The translations under genes and the position numbers were made by a program. Source: Thermodesulfobacteriota bacterium (GTDB lineage Bacteria; Desulfobacterota; Desulfobulbia; Desulfobulbales; SURF-16). From it: 53,333 nucleotides of DNA. Of this stretch, positions 9,801 through 17,964 are shown one piece after another (the first letter of the stretch is position 1; the number at the start of each line of letters is the position of its first letter). The stretch is from assembly GCA_040755455.1 (NCBI GenBank), contig JBFMAY010000027.1:1-53333 (forward strand), given 5' to 3'. The notes under the pieces are model-generated. The model was not told the origin of the DNA and made no database searches. It worked only from the letters and a program-made list of their open reading frames with translations.

Positions 9801-10898
9801 CTGCACCGGCGTCATCGGATCGCCCGGTGTCCCGGTCCAGGGGTTTGTGCCCCAGGCCCAGGTCGGATCCGTGCTGGTAATGGTATTCGGGTCAACAAAG
9901 GTCTTGTCCTGCAGAACCAGCGGGATCTCATAGGCGCCGGAGGGGATAATCCCTGCGTCGATCAAGGCCTGCTCCGTGTCATCGCGGATCAGATACCCGG
10001 CCGCTTCGCCAACATAGACGTTTAAGCGGGTGATGCCCCAGGCATGGTCGTGGAAGAACATCAGCCGCGCGCTCTGCTGGTTGGTATAGTAGAAGGTCTG
10101 TGCCCCTGGGCCGGGATCCGGCATGTCGGGGACATTCTTGACGCTGACGCCCTTGGGATATTCGGTATTCTCACCCGCTGGGGTAATCCACTGATGGGGG
10201 GTCCCATCACTGATCCATGGGCTGACGCCGCCGTGCAGATGGATGGTGGCCCGGTTCTGGGTGAAATTACCGCTGGTCAGGCCCATGGGGTCCTTGGTTA
10301 CCGGATCGTAATCAATTTCAAAAGGTCCGGCCCCCATCTGGGAGACATCCACCGGCACGAACAGGTCGCCGCCGGCTCCGGTTGGCAGTTTGTTGATGAA
10401 CTTGATGCGCACCGGCCGGTCTTTCTGGGCGATGATCATGGGGCCGAGATAGTGCGGGCCGGGATCAGGCGCCACCGTATTATCGGCGGCGGTGCAGGCA
10501 TTGCCGCAGGCGCCGATGTCCGTGCCGTTGTTGACCTGCACGTATCCCCGCAGGGTGGTCGGGTTAAGGTCGGAATGCATCTTTTCCGTATACTGCCGCA
10601 GTTCGATCTCGTAATAATCGGACCCTGGATAGGTAACGGTATCCGGGTGGGCGACCGAGATAAACTGGTTCAGGTTGTTCTTATTGGCGGCACTCAGCCC
10701 GGGAAGCGAATCGACAAATTTTCGCAGGGGCGGGGTGTAGGCCCAGTTGGGCGTTGTCAGGAAGTCAGGGGTGTCCCCCGGTCCAATGGGGGTCTGATCA
10801 GGCTTCAGGTAGGCCTGTCCTGTCCCGGCGCCCCAGCAAAGGGCTGCCGCGGCCATGACCATGGCCAGAAAAGATCGTAGTGGTGTGAGTCTATTCAT
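6858..10898 (-). CDS. Large secreted multicopper oxidase-family protein with FN3 domain and three C-terminal beta-rich repeats (OmpB/MofA-like)
   Basis: Signal peptide; all four Cu motifs IHLHG, FHDHA, HPLHFH, HCHILSHEENDMM; FN3 (LTWND...YDYRVSAYNAAGSS); AAGGAGG RBS. Confidence 0.9.
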   Translation of the reverse strand: MNRLTPLRSFLAMVMAAAALCWGAGTGQAYLKPDQTPIGPGDTPDFLTTPNWAYTPPLRKFVDSLPGLSAANKNNLNQFISVAHPDTVTYPGSDYYEIELRQYTEKMHSDLNPTTLRGYVQVNNGTDIGACGNACTAADNTVAPDPGPHYLGPMIIAQKDRPVRIKFINKLPTGAGGDLFVPVDVSQMGAGPFEIDYDPVTKDPMGLTSGNFTQNRATIHLHGGVSPWISDGTPHQWITPAGENTEYPKGVSVKNVPDMPDPGPGAQTFYYTNQQSARLMFFHDHAWGITRLNVYVGEAAGYLIRDDTEQALIDAGIIPSGAYEIPLVLQDKTFVDPNTITSTDPTWAWGTNPWTGTPGDPMTPVQGDLWWPHVYMPAQNPYDMSGIAPMGRWAYGPWFWPPTTGVPYGPVANPYYSVNCDPADATTPGSYAGFCQAPEIPGTPNPSWGAEAFLDTPVINGTAYPYLEVEPRPYRLRILNAAHDRFFNLQLYEADTTVPAGCPTCAVDTEVKMVPAYDYSGDATWPATWPTDGRPGGAPDWKTAGPDFIQIGTEGGFLPQPVVRQNQPVTWNNDVTTFNAGNVNNGTVILGPAERVDVIVDFSQFAGKTLILYNDAPAPWPALDPHYDYFTGNPDMTEAGGAAPTLVGMGPNTRTIMQIKVAAGAGVPFDLTALQQAFDPAGGGPGVFQQGQNPIIVGQSAYNTTYNTTFPTTYPNWGISRIQDNSLSFRDVNGIVQTVAMQPKSIQDEMGEVFDDYGRMSAKIGLEMAQTSAGIQTFIVQNYVDPSTEVLNDNEVQIWKITHNGVDTHPLHFHLYDVQVINRVGWDGFIRLPDPNELGWKDTVRISPLEDTIVAMRPVSPDLPFGVPESIRPLNPMEPIGSSNGFTNLDPLTGQPVNPPTTNEMFNFDWEYVIHCHILSHEENDMMRPVIFNFLELLPEAPTSLLASSGTTQVDLTWNDTTPVDYTNLNTFGNSANEVGFIVERSPAGGNSFTQIGTALANATSYSDATAGPNTSYDYRVSAYNAAGSSPFSNTATGNATAPPPATGATLAANPPSPQLSGTQVTFTAGGAGGSGTYEYRFSINGPGTNNVLTVVRAYSASSTFLWTPALTDIGNTTVVVDVRSAGSTAGSEAAASLIYRAVPPPATGATLGATPASPQVTGTQVTFTAAGAGGSGTYEYRFSINGPGTNNVLTVVQPYSAGNLLLWTPTMADIGADTTVVVDVRSAGSLTDSEAAASMIYRAVPPPATDVTLGATPASPRRAGTQVTFTANGSGGSGTYEYLFRIRGPRTNNAWVVVQGYSTSRRFVWRTRQADIGLTTINVRVRSVGSVAGFEAQRSINYRIQ
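6861..7772 (-). repeat. Three tandem ~101-aa repeats at the C-terminus of the multicopper protein (7470-7772, 7164-7469, 6861-7163)
   Basis: PPPAT..TL.A.P.SP...GTQVTFTA.G.GGSGTYEY.F.I.GP.TNN...VV..YS recurs three times; units 1 and 2 share long identical DNA stretches. Confidence 0.9.
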
Positions 10899-10996
10899 AG
10901 TATAGCCTCCTTGATTTCGGCTTTTTGCAGCAAAATATGGTCAGCGGGGTGGCCGCAGCAACGGTGCGCTAGCTTTTCTCCCTGTTGATGAGAGGG

Positions 10997-11293
10997 TTAA
11001 TTGGCTGGCGGCGGCTGAGAGCTGCTGCCCAGCGGCTGGGCGGTGCTGTCCTGCTGCCCGGCCGCATCAATGGTCTGGGACCTCATCTTCAGCATTTCAT
11101 CGCGCCGCATGCGTGCCTCTTCCCGCTGGGTGTATATATCCACCTGGGTTGGGCTGACCGTGGCCTCGCCGCTGGCGGCATTGTTCTGCTCTTCCGTTGT
11201 CGTCGTTGTCGTTGGCTGCTGTTGCCCCATGGCCGGGGCAATCAGCAGCAACGACAGCAGAATTGCCGATGCCAGTAATGATAATTTTTTCAT
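10997..11293 (-). CDS. Small exported hypothetical protein (Thr/Gln-rich, central charged helix)
   Basis: Classic signal peptide MKKLSLL...APAMG; AGGAGG RBS. Confidence 0.7.
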   Translation of the reverse strand: MKKLSLLASAILLSLLLIAPAMGQQQPTTTTTTEEQNNAASGEATVSPTQVDIYTQREEARMRRDEMLKMRSQTIDAAGQQDSTAQPLGSSSQPPPAN

Positions 11294-11350
11294 AACAGTT
11301 TCCCTCCTGTTGTATTGGAACTACCTCGTCAATTATGATGTTGACGGTTT

Positions 11351-11403
11351 CAAGCTGTTGTAAATAAACAACATGCCATATGAATGTCTAGAACGGCTCC
11401 TAA
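11351..11403 (+). repeat. Short dispersed inverted-repeat element, copy A
   Basis: AAGCTGTTGTAAATAAACAACATG...GAACGGCTCCTAA; similar to 14505-14567 (-) and 53131-53190 (+). Confidence 0.65.
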
Positions 11404-11470
11404 GCCTCTATGGATTGCCGTCCGGCGGCCCAAACACAAGGCAAGACGCCGGGGAAAAATTGCTCTTTTT

Positions 11471-11824
11471 TTATGGTTTGTTGTCCGTACAAGCCGGTTC
11501 ATACCATTGCACCCTGTATTCATCGCCAACACAGACGCATCGCCCCTTGAGAAAAGGGTAATCAAGCTCGAGGTTGACTTCCTGGTTGCTTTTGGTCCTG
11601 ATCAACCGCCAGCCGCCTGGTTTGAGATAGCTGGCCAGACTGCCGGACAGGGCATTGCAGCGGGTGCCGCACAGTGACTGGCCGACCTCCCTGTTGCCGC
11701 CGGTGTCGCCTGGCTCGTAACTGTATTGCTGGACGATAAAGACCTTTCCCCCATCACTTTCGGCAAGAACGGCATGGGCCGGCAGCAGGAGGGCAATGAG
11801 CAGGAACAGGGGTAATTTCTTCAT
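11471..11824 (-). CDS. Small exported Cys-containing hypothetical protein
   Basis: Signal peptide MKKLPL...AVLA, CGTRC and CVC motifs, GGAGG RBS before ATG 11824. Confidence 0.7.
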   Translation of the reverse strand: MKKLPLFLLIALLLPAHAVLAESDGGKVFIVQQYSYEPGDTGGNREVGQSLCGTRCNALSGSLASYLKPGGWRLIRTKSNQEVNLELDYPFLKGRCVCVGDEYRVQWYEPACTDNKP

Positions 11825-11841
11825 TGTTACATCCTCCCGTA

Positions 11842-13557
11842 TCAGTGGGTTACCCATTCGCTGAGACGCTCGAGCTGCGGCGACTCACCCTTGCCAAGCT
11901 GGACGATATAGCACCCTTTTGAGGCGTAGCGCTGGCCATGCCCGAAACTGAGCCGCTCATAGAGCGGAAATGAGGAGTCCGCCATCATGCCGATGGTGTC
12001 GAAAAAGTAGTCACGGTAGTATTCGCCGCGCATTTTCACCAGCGCGTCACCCAGCAGTTCGCCGATGATACATGCCTGCCGGACAATCCGCGGGTCATAG
12101 GTGTCCAGCGGTTTGCCCTGGAGCACCGATTTGATGCTGGGATCGTACCGCACCTCCTCCTGGGGCAGGCGGTAGGGATAGGTGGCGAAGAGCATGTCCC
12201 GCAGCTGTTCCGGGATTTGCCACAGGGCCTCCCCCAGATAGGTGCCGGAAGCGAGAACGAGCTTGGGGCTGTCCGTGCTGCCGGTCAGTCCCTCCGCCGC
12301 GGCAAGAAGGGCGGCGTCATCCCAGATGAGCAGCGCGGCGGGCTTGTGTTCCCCGACAATGAGCTGCAACTGCTTCGGGGTGAGTGGTTCTCCCGCCTGC
12401 AGAATGATATCAATGGCCGCCGGGTGTCCGGTGTTGCCCCAGCTCTCGCGGAAGCCGCCCGCCAAGGCCTGCCCTCTCCTGGAGTCGCGGATGATCTGGA
12501 CCACGGGCCGGTCGGCAAAAAGTCCATACATGCTGTGCAGGTAACGGGCCGCCGTTTCACCTTCCTGGCGTATGCCCCGGGAAAAATAGAGGGTGTACCA
12601 GTCGGAGGAGGAGATAACGGGGTAGTCGACCATGGGGAAGAGATCGGGTATCCGGTTCTCTTCGCAAAACCGGTGCACCGGCTCCCATTCCCCGGCGGAA
12701 ATACCGCCCAGGAGGGCAAAGACCGGCTCAACCCGGTAGTAGTCTTCCAGCTGGGCGCGCCAGGTGTCGGGCGAGCCCTTCAGGACCCAGCGGGACAGGG
12801 TAAAGGTCTTGCTGGCAATCTCGGGTCCCATCATGTTGTATGCCACCCGCGCCATGCGCGGATGGTTCTTGTAGGCCAGGGCAAGGCTGTTCTTGCGGCT
12901 GATGTGAAACTGCAGGGGGGTGATCATTGCCTCCACCGCCGCGGCAGGAACCTCCCCGGCGATCACCGTGGCGAATTTGATTTCCGTATCGCTGACCCCG
13001 GGTGACAGGTGATCCGACAGGCTCTTCAGATAATCGATAAGGATCGCCATGTCCTGATCGCCAATATCGTAGCGCGGCATGACCTTGACCACCGAGCGGC
13101 CGGTGGGGTCCACCCCGGCGGTGATGAGTTCGGCGAGGGTATCGTCGGTGTAGGCCGGTCGCTCCGGAAAATACGAGGCATATTTGTGGTAAGAGGGGAT
13201 ATTTTCAAAGCCCTCTTTAAAGGGTTTGCGGGGCTGATAGAGGATCCGTCCGTTAACGGGGGAGGCGGCAATGTTCGCCTCAAACGAGCCGATACCGCTG
13301 CGCAGATGGCAGCTGACGCAGGTAAATGATGTTCCCTGCACCGGCACGTCGCCGTTGACATAGGCCTGCATCGGCTGGCCGGATGGCAGGATGCCTTCCT
13401 GGTATATCCTCTGGCCCAAGCGCAGCCTCTCGGCGGTGGCCGGGGCTGGCTCCGCCTGGACGGCAATGGCCCCGGTTGCCAGTAAAGACAGCAGAAGAAT
13501 GACCCGTATTGCCCACTGCACCATCCCTTTTTCTCGTTTTCCCTTTGATGTTTTCAT
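11842..13557 (-). CDS. Monoheme cytochrome c fused to a periplasmic solute-binding-type domain
   Basis: Signal peptide, CVSCH heme motif, MPRY, then PGVSDTEIKFATV and PVFALLG typical of type I periplasmic binding folds; ATGA overlap with the SCO stop. Confidence 0.8.
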   Translation of the reverse strand: MKTSKGKREKGMVQWAIRVILLLSLLATGAIAVQAEPAPATAERLRLGQRIYQEGILPSGQPMQAYVNGDVPVQGTSFTCVSCHLRSGIGSFEANIAASPVNGRILYQPRKPFKEGFENIPSYHKYASYFPERPAYTDDTLAELITAGVDPTGRSVVKVMPRYDIGDQDMAILIDYLKSLSDHLSPGVSDTEIKFATVIAGEVPAAAVEAMITPLQFHISRKNSLALAYKNHPRMARVAYNMMGPEIASKTFTLSRWVLKGSPDTWRAQLEDYYRVEPVFALLGGISAGEWEPVHRFCEENRIPDLFPMVDYPVISSSDWYTLYFSRGIRQEGETAARYLHSMYGLFADRPVVQIIRDSRRGQALAGGFRESWGNTGHPAAIDIILQAGEPLTPKQLQLIVGEHKPAALLIWDDAALLAAAEGLTGSTDSPKLVLASGTYLGEALWQIPEQLRDMLFATYPYRLPQEEVRYDPSIKSVLQGKPLDTYDPRIVRQACIIGELLGDALVKMRGEYYRDYFFDTIGMMADSSFPLYERLSFGHGQRYASKGCYIVQLGKGESPQLERLSEWVTH

Positions 13558-14129
13558 TGCATCCTCGCTTTCTCGATTTCATTAAGCAGATCGCGGCCGC
13601 CGATCATCCCTTTGATCCGGATCCATTTCCCCTCTTCAGTGGTCCGGATGAAATTCAGCGGCTGGTGCGACATTTTGTTGGGGAAATAGGCGTCAAAGGC
13701 GGCCATCACGGTGTTGATGTCCGCGCGGCTGCCGGTCAGAAAAGTCCATCCCGGCCTGGCCTGGTAGCGCTCAAGGTGTTTCTTCATGACCGCCGGCGAG
13801 TCGTTTTCCGGATCAATGGTAATGGACACCAGGCGGATGTTGTTGTTTTCCGGACCGAGTTTTTCCTGCAGATTGGCATAACCGGCCGAGAGAATCGGGC
13901 AGATGGTGGTGCAGGAGGCGTAAATGAAATCGACGACAACCGGTTCTTTTGTCTGGAGCAGTGACCGGAGCGGCACTTTGCCGTTGTTCTGGTCGATCAG
14001 AACCACATCCGGGACAGCGATGTTCGCCTCGCTGCGCTGGTATTTCGCCTCGGCCGCACTCTGTCCGGGGCAGCAAAGGCCCACGGTGAAAAGCACCAGC
14101 AATGTCACAGACCCAAGGAAATTTGTCAT
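13554..14129 (-). CDS. SCO1/SenC family copper chaperone
   Basis: FIYASCTTICP (CxxxC), SITIDPENDSP, downstream His (MSHQP); GGAGGAG RBS. Confidence 0.92.
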   Translation of the reverse strand: MTNFLGSVTLLVLFTVGLCCPGQSAAEAKYQRSEANIAVPDVVLIDQNNGKVPLRSLLQTKEPVVVDFIYASCTTICPILSAGYANLQEKLGPENNNIRLVSITIDPENDSPAVMKKHLERYQARPGWTFLTGSRADINTVMAAFDAYFPNKMSHQPLNFIRTTEEGKWIRIKGMIGGRDLLNEIEKARMQ

Positions 14130-14504
14130 ATTCTCCTCCGAACAGTTGAAAAAAATTTATTTGCGGTTGGGAAAGCAGGGAAGCTGGCAAGAAGAATGAC
14201 ATAGAAGGAGAAGAATAAAATGCTCTGCTATGTGATCTTGTCAAACCCCAGGGGGTGCGGTTCACTCTCCTTCTTTTACCTGGCCCATCTCTTCGAAGAC
14301 TGAAGGATGAGGTAGAAAGACTTTTATTTTTAGTAACTATTATTAATCTTATGGGCCTTTGTCAAGCACGGGGGGTCGACAAAAGTTAGAGGCACCTTAT
14401 TTTTTCAGCTTACAGGGGAAGGTCTGCCGGTCGTTTTGATTTCCGGCGGGAAATTGGTTGCAAAATTGATTAGGAGCAGGACAATAACTTGTCAATTCTG
14501 CCCG

Positions 14505-14567
14505 TTTTTTACGGCTCCTTCTGCCGTTTTGGTTATCAGCATGACCATGTTATTTTTACAACGGCTT
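14505..14567 (-). repeat. Short dispersed inverted-repeat element, copy B
   Basis: Reverse complement reads AAGCCGTTGTAAAAATAACATGGTCAT...AACGGCAGAAGGAGCCGT, closely matching 53131-53188. Confidence 0.7.
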
Positions 14568-14770
14568 TGCGCCGTTATTTAAAAAGATAAGAGAATCGTG
14601 ATTAACAAATTGTAGCATCTGCGACAATTTGCCGCTAGGAAAAAATGCAAGGAGTTGAAATGAGTTTTTTGCCGCTCGAGAGCTCTTTGGCGAGAAGGCG
14701 AGAGATGATGGTTGCCATTGGAGCATTGCAACGGCTTTGTCCGCGCAGGCCGACCAGAGGTAAAGGTGGA

Positions 14771-15784
14771 TTACGGGTAGGTCTGCAGGGTAAAGGGGCC
14801 AAACAGCAGCGGCCAGCTGACCAGGGCGAGCAACAGCAGCAGGGAGAGCAGCGTGCCGAGCAGCCAGAATCGTTCCCTGCTGGCGAAAATCGTGCCCAGG
14901 CTCGGGGCGAAAACCTGCAGCAAGCGCATGAGGCCGGGGAGCAGGCCGCAGAGAATCGTGCCGAACAGGGCCAGATAGAGGGGGTAGCCGATAAAGTCAT
15001 AACCGGCCTGCAACAGGTCGAAGGGGCAGTGGTGGGTCGGCATCTCATAGATGTAAATCGAGATGAAGGAGATAACGGCGGCCAGGCCCACTGGCAACAG
15101 GATGAGGGCGGCCAGGGCCAGCAGATAGCGCAGGACGGCGGCCCTGAACCTGAATGCGGGCAGAAGCAGCAGAAGCAGCAGCAGCGCCCAGAGATAGAAG
15201 AGCCAGATCATGGGGACAACCGGCAGAGCGGCCAGGCTGCTGGCAATTCCTCCATCCGTCTTGCTGAACAGGGAGCCGCAGCAGGAGGTGATGATCTGGG
15301 GATCAAGGCCGGTAAAGTAGCGGAACTGCCACCAGCCATCGAGCACCACCAGCGGCAGCAGGACAAACAGGGCGGCATACTTGGGCCTGACCAGCGGGGA
15401 GTCCTCCACCTGCTGGTCGTAATGGTTGACGATCACCCACAGCCAGGCCAGGAAAAAGACGGGTATCTTGACCCGCAGGATATTCCAGCCCGCCGGGTTG
15501 GCATTGAGTGTGCCGGTGGCGCACATGGCCCCGATGAACAACGGGTGCAGGCTGTCCACCGTGTAGATGAACAGCAGCAGTGACAGGGCCTGGAAACCCA
15601 TGGCGTAGTTGACCAGGGTCGAGATCAGGTAGGTGCGGCGCTCAAGTTCGAGCTGCTTTTGGGAGTAACTGGCACGGTCCCAGCGCCGCAGTACGCTCAG
15701 GCCGATGCTGCCGGCATAGAGCATCAGCAGGGTCACCAGCAGGGCCCCGAGCAGGAGGGCGAGAATGCCCGGATGCAGGATCAC
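14771..15784 (-). CDS. Polytopic membrane protein with Cys/His motifs, ABC-operon associated
   Basis: About 8 hydrophobic segments; GAMCATG, ITSCCGS, PTHHCPFD; start overlaps the ATPase stop. Confidence 0.8.
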   Translation of the reverse strand: MILHPGILALLLGALLVTLLMLYAGSIGLSVLRRWDRASYSQKQLELERRTYLISTLVNYAMGFQALSLLLFIYTVDSLHPLFIGAMCATGTLNANPAGWNILRVKIPVFFLAWLWVIVNHYDQQVEDSPLVRPKYAALFVLLPLVVLDGWWQFRYFTGLDPQIITSCCGSLFSKTDGGIASSLAALPVVPMIWLFYLWALLLLLLLLPAFRFRAAVLRYLLALAALILLPVGLAAVISFISIYIYEMPTHHCPFDLLQAGYDFIGYPLYLALFGTILCGLLPGLMRLLQVFAPSLGTIFASRERFWLLGTLLSLLLLLALVSWPLLFGPFTLQTYP

Positions 15785-16464
15785 GCAGTCTCATCCTCCT
15801 GCACCCGGCCGTCGCGCAGCGAAACCAGGCGGGTGACCATCCGGTGCTTGAACACCAGCGGGTCGTGGGTGGAGATGATCAGGGTCCGGCCGGCGGGCAG
15901 CAGTGCGGCAAGCAGTTCCAGGAGTTCCCCGGCCAGGGTGCTGTCAAGATGGGCGGTGGGTTCATCGGCAATGATGATCTCCGGGTTGCCGATCAGGGCC
16001 CGGGCAACCGCCACCCGCTGCTGCTCGCCGCCGGAGAGCCGGCCTGCCTTGCGGCGCCGCTTGGCGGCCAGACCAAGGGGCGCCAGGACCTGTTCGGCGC
16101 GCCGTTTCATCTCAGCGTAGCCTACCTCCTGCGGATAAAGAGGCAGCAGCACATTCTCCTCCACCGTGAGATCTTCCAGCAGATGAAACTGCTGGAAGAT
16201 AAAACCAAAGGTGCGGCGGCGGATGTCGGTGAGAAACCGTTCCGGCAGCCGGGAGATCTCCCGGCCGTCGAGGACGATCTGGCCGCGGGTCGGCCGCGAC
16301 ATGCAGCCAATCATGGCGAGTAATGAGGTCTTGCCCGAGCCGCTCGGCCCCTTCAGCACGGTCACCCCGCCGCGGCATATCTCCAGCGATACGTCATCAA
16401 CGGCGACCACCTCATCGGGTCTGCCCGGATGGTAGGTTTTGCCGACCTGCTCGAGTCTGATCAT
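15781..16464 (-). CDS. ABC transporter ATP-binding protein (LolD/MacB-like)
   Basis: Walker A GPSGSGKT, LSGGEQQRVAVARAL, ADEPT, STHD; start at ATG 16464. Confidence 0.93.
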   Translation of the reverse strand: MIRLEQVGKTYHPGRPDEVVAVDDVSLEICRGGVTVLKGPSGSGKTSLLAMIGCMSRPTRGQIVLDGREISRLPERFLTDIRRRTFGFIFQQFHLLEDLTVEENVLLPLYPQEVGYAEMKRRAEQVLAPLGLAAKRRRKAGRLSGGEQQRVAVARALIGNPEIIIADEPTAHLDSTLAGELLELLAALLPAGRTLIISTHDPLVFKHRMVTRLVSLRDGRVQEDETA

Positions 16465-16474
16465 GGCCGTCTCC

Positions 16475-17632
16475 CTAACCCCGCATGACGCTGTCCGGGT
16501 CGGTGACCGCGGCGCGCCAGCAGGGGATGACAGTGCTAACCAGATAAGGCACAATGGTCATGAAGGCCAGGATGAAGATCTGCTGCAGGTCGATGTAGGG
16601 CACCAGCCGGAACTCGGGAAAGAGCACTGACCAGCCCTTGACCACTATGGCCAGCATCGGCGCGCCGAGCCAGAAGACATGGATCAGGGCCGCGGTTATG
16701 CCCAGCAGAAAGGCGGTGAGAGCAATGACCATTCCTTCCCAGAATTTGAGCAGCAGGATGTCGCCGGTGTCCCAGCCAAGGGCCTTGAGCACTCCAATCT
16801 CCCGCCGTTCCTCGGCGCTGAGGCCGGTCGCCTTGTCCCAGGCCAGGATGGCGAAGGCGACGAGCGCCACACTGAAGATCGACAGCAGCATGCCGCTGCG
16901 CCAGTTGAAAACCGCATCGTAGGTCCGGACGATCTCGCCGTGGGTAATCGGCCTTGTATCCGGCAGTTCGCGTTTGATCTTCTGGGCCACCATTTCCACC
17001 TCCTGGGGGTTGTAAACCTCAACGGCCAGATCAGTGGTCAGGTCGGGGGCAATGGCGAAGAACTTGCGCAGGGTTTCCTTCTCCAGGATGATCAGATCGT
17101 GGGTGAGCAGGTCGGAGTTGGCGGAGAAAACGCCGACCACGGTAAAACCGACGCCGAGGTTGTCGTGACTGATGAGATACAGTTCGTCCCCCGTGGTCAC
17201 TGACCGGGATGTTGCGATACCGCGGCCCACGGCACACTCGCCGGGGCCAGCGGGAAGGCGGCCGGCGAGCAAGGTCAACCCGTCCTGTGCATTGCCAGCG
17301 CCGAGCAGGGTGAAGTTTGCGCCGGTCAGCGAGTCGTAGTAATAGCCCCACAGGCGAGGGGTTACGCGTCTGACCCCGGGAATTTTTTCAATATTTGCCT
17401 GATAATGGCTGGGGGTCAGGTCATGCCGGCCGGCAATAACCCGTTGCACGACCAGGTCCGGGGCGCCGGCGAGCAGCCTGGCGGCCTCGCTGCGCAGCGC
17501 GTGGCTCAGCAGCAGCACCGAGCTGAGCGCCGCCACGGTAAAGGCGAAAACAAGCACAATCGACAGGCCCTTGCCTTTGCGGCGCCGCAGCGAGGCCAGG
17601 GCGAAATCAAGGATTTTCAGCTGGCGCATCAT
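16475..17632 (-). CDS. FtsX/LolE-like ABC transporter permease
   Basis: TM1, large periplasmic domain, ERREIGVLKALGW motif, C-terminal PCWRAA..DP. Confidence 0.9.
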   Translation of the reverse strand: MMRQLKILDFALASLRRRKGKGLSIVLVFAFTVAALSSVLLLSHALRSEAARLLAGAPDLVVQRVIAGRHDLTPSHYQANIEKIPGVRRVTPRLWGYYYDSLTGANFTLLGAGNAQDGLTLLAGRLPAGPGECAVGRGIATSRSVTTGDELYLISHDNLGVGFTVVGVFSANSDLLTHDLIILEKETLRKFFAIAPDLTTDLAVEVYNPQEVEMVAQKIKRELPDTRPITHGEIVRTYDAVFNWRSGMLLSIFSVALVAFAILAWDKATGLSAEERREIGVLKALGWDTGDILLLKFWEGMVIALTAFLLGITAALIHVFWLGAPMLAIVVKGWSVLFPEFRLVPYIDLQQIFILAFMTIVPYLVSTVIPCWRAAVTDPDSVMRG

Positions 17633-17634
17633 GT

Positions 17635-17964
17635 CTATCTTCCGGCCGCCGGGCGGTGAATTTCCATCCGCGTTGTCGGGCGGGCCGGCAGGGGACCCAT
17701 CAGCGAGCCGGCGGGAAAATGTTCAAAAGAGGAGGGGAAGTCCTGAAAAGGGGCAAACCAGTCGGCCTGGGAGGGATGCCGGGTATAACGCGCTTCACTC
17801 CACAGGGCAAAATCGGTCAAATGCAGGGTGCGGACCAGCTGTCGGCGGGCCGGCAGCAGTTCCTGCTCGGCCCGCTGGACCCGCTGGCCGCAGAGCAGCA
17901 GCAAAACGAACAAGGCGGCAAAGAGAATGCCGGATTGCAGCAGGAACCAGCGTCCGCTGCTCAC
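17635..17964 (-). CDS. Small membrane-anchored hypothetical protein, first gene of the ABC operon
   Basis: N-terminal TM, LTDFALWSEARYTRHPS and FEHFPAGS segments; 2 bp from the permease start. Confidence 0.7.
   Translation of the reverse strand: MSSGRWFLLQSGILFAALFVLLLLCGQRVQRAEQELLPARRQLVRTLHLTDFALWSEARYTRHPSQADWFAPFQDFPSSFEHFPAGSLMGPLPARPTTRMEIHRPAAGR

Noticed and set aside
10899..14770. Cyclic dinucleotide (GEMM) riboswitch upstream of the multicopper or SCO genes
   Set aside because: Looked for by eye in the intergenic stretches; the conserved two-hairpin GEMM pattern was not recognised. An Infernal/Rfam scan would be decisive
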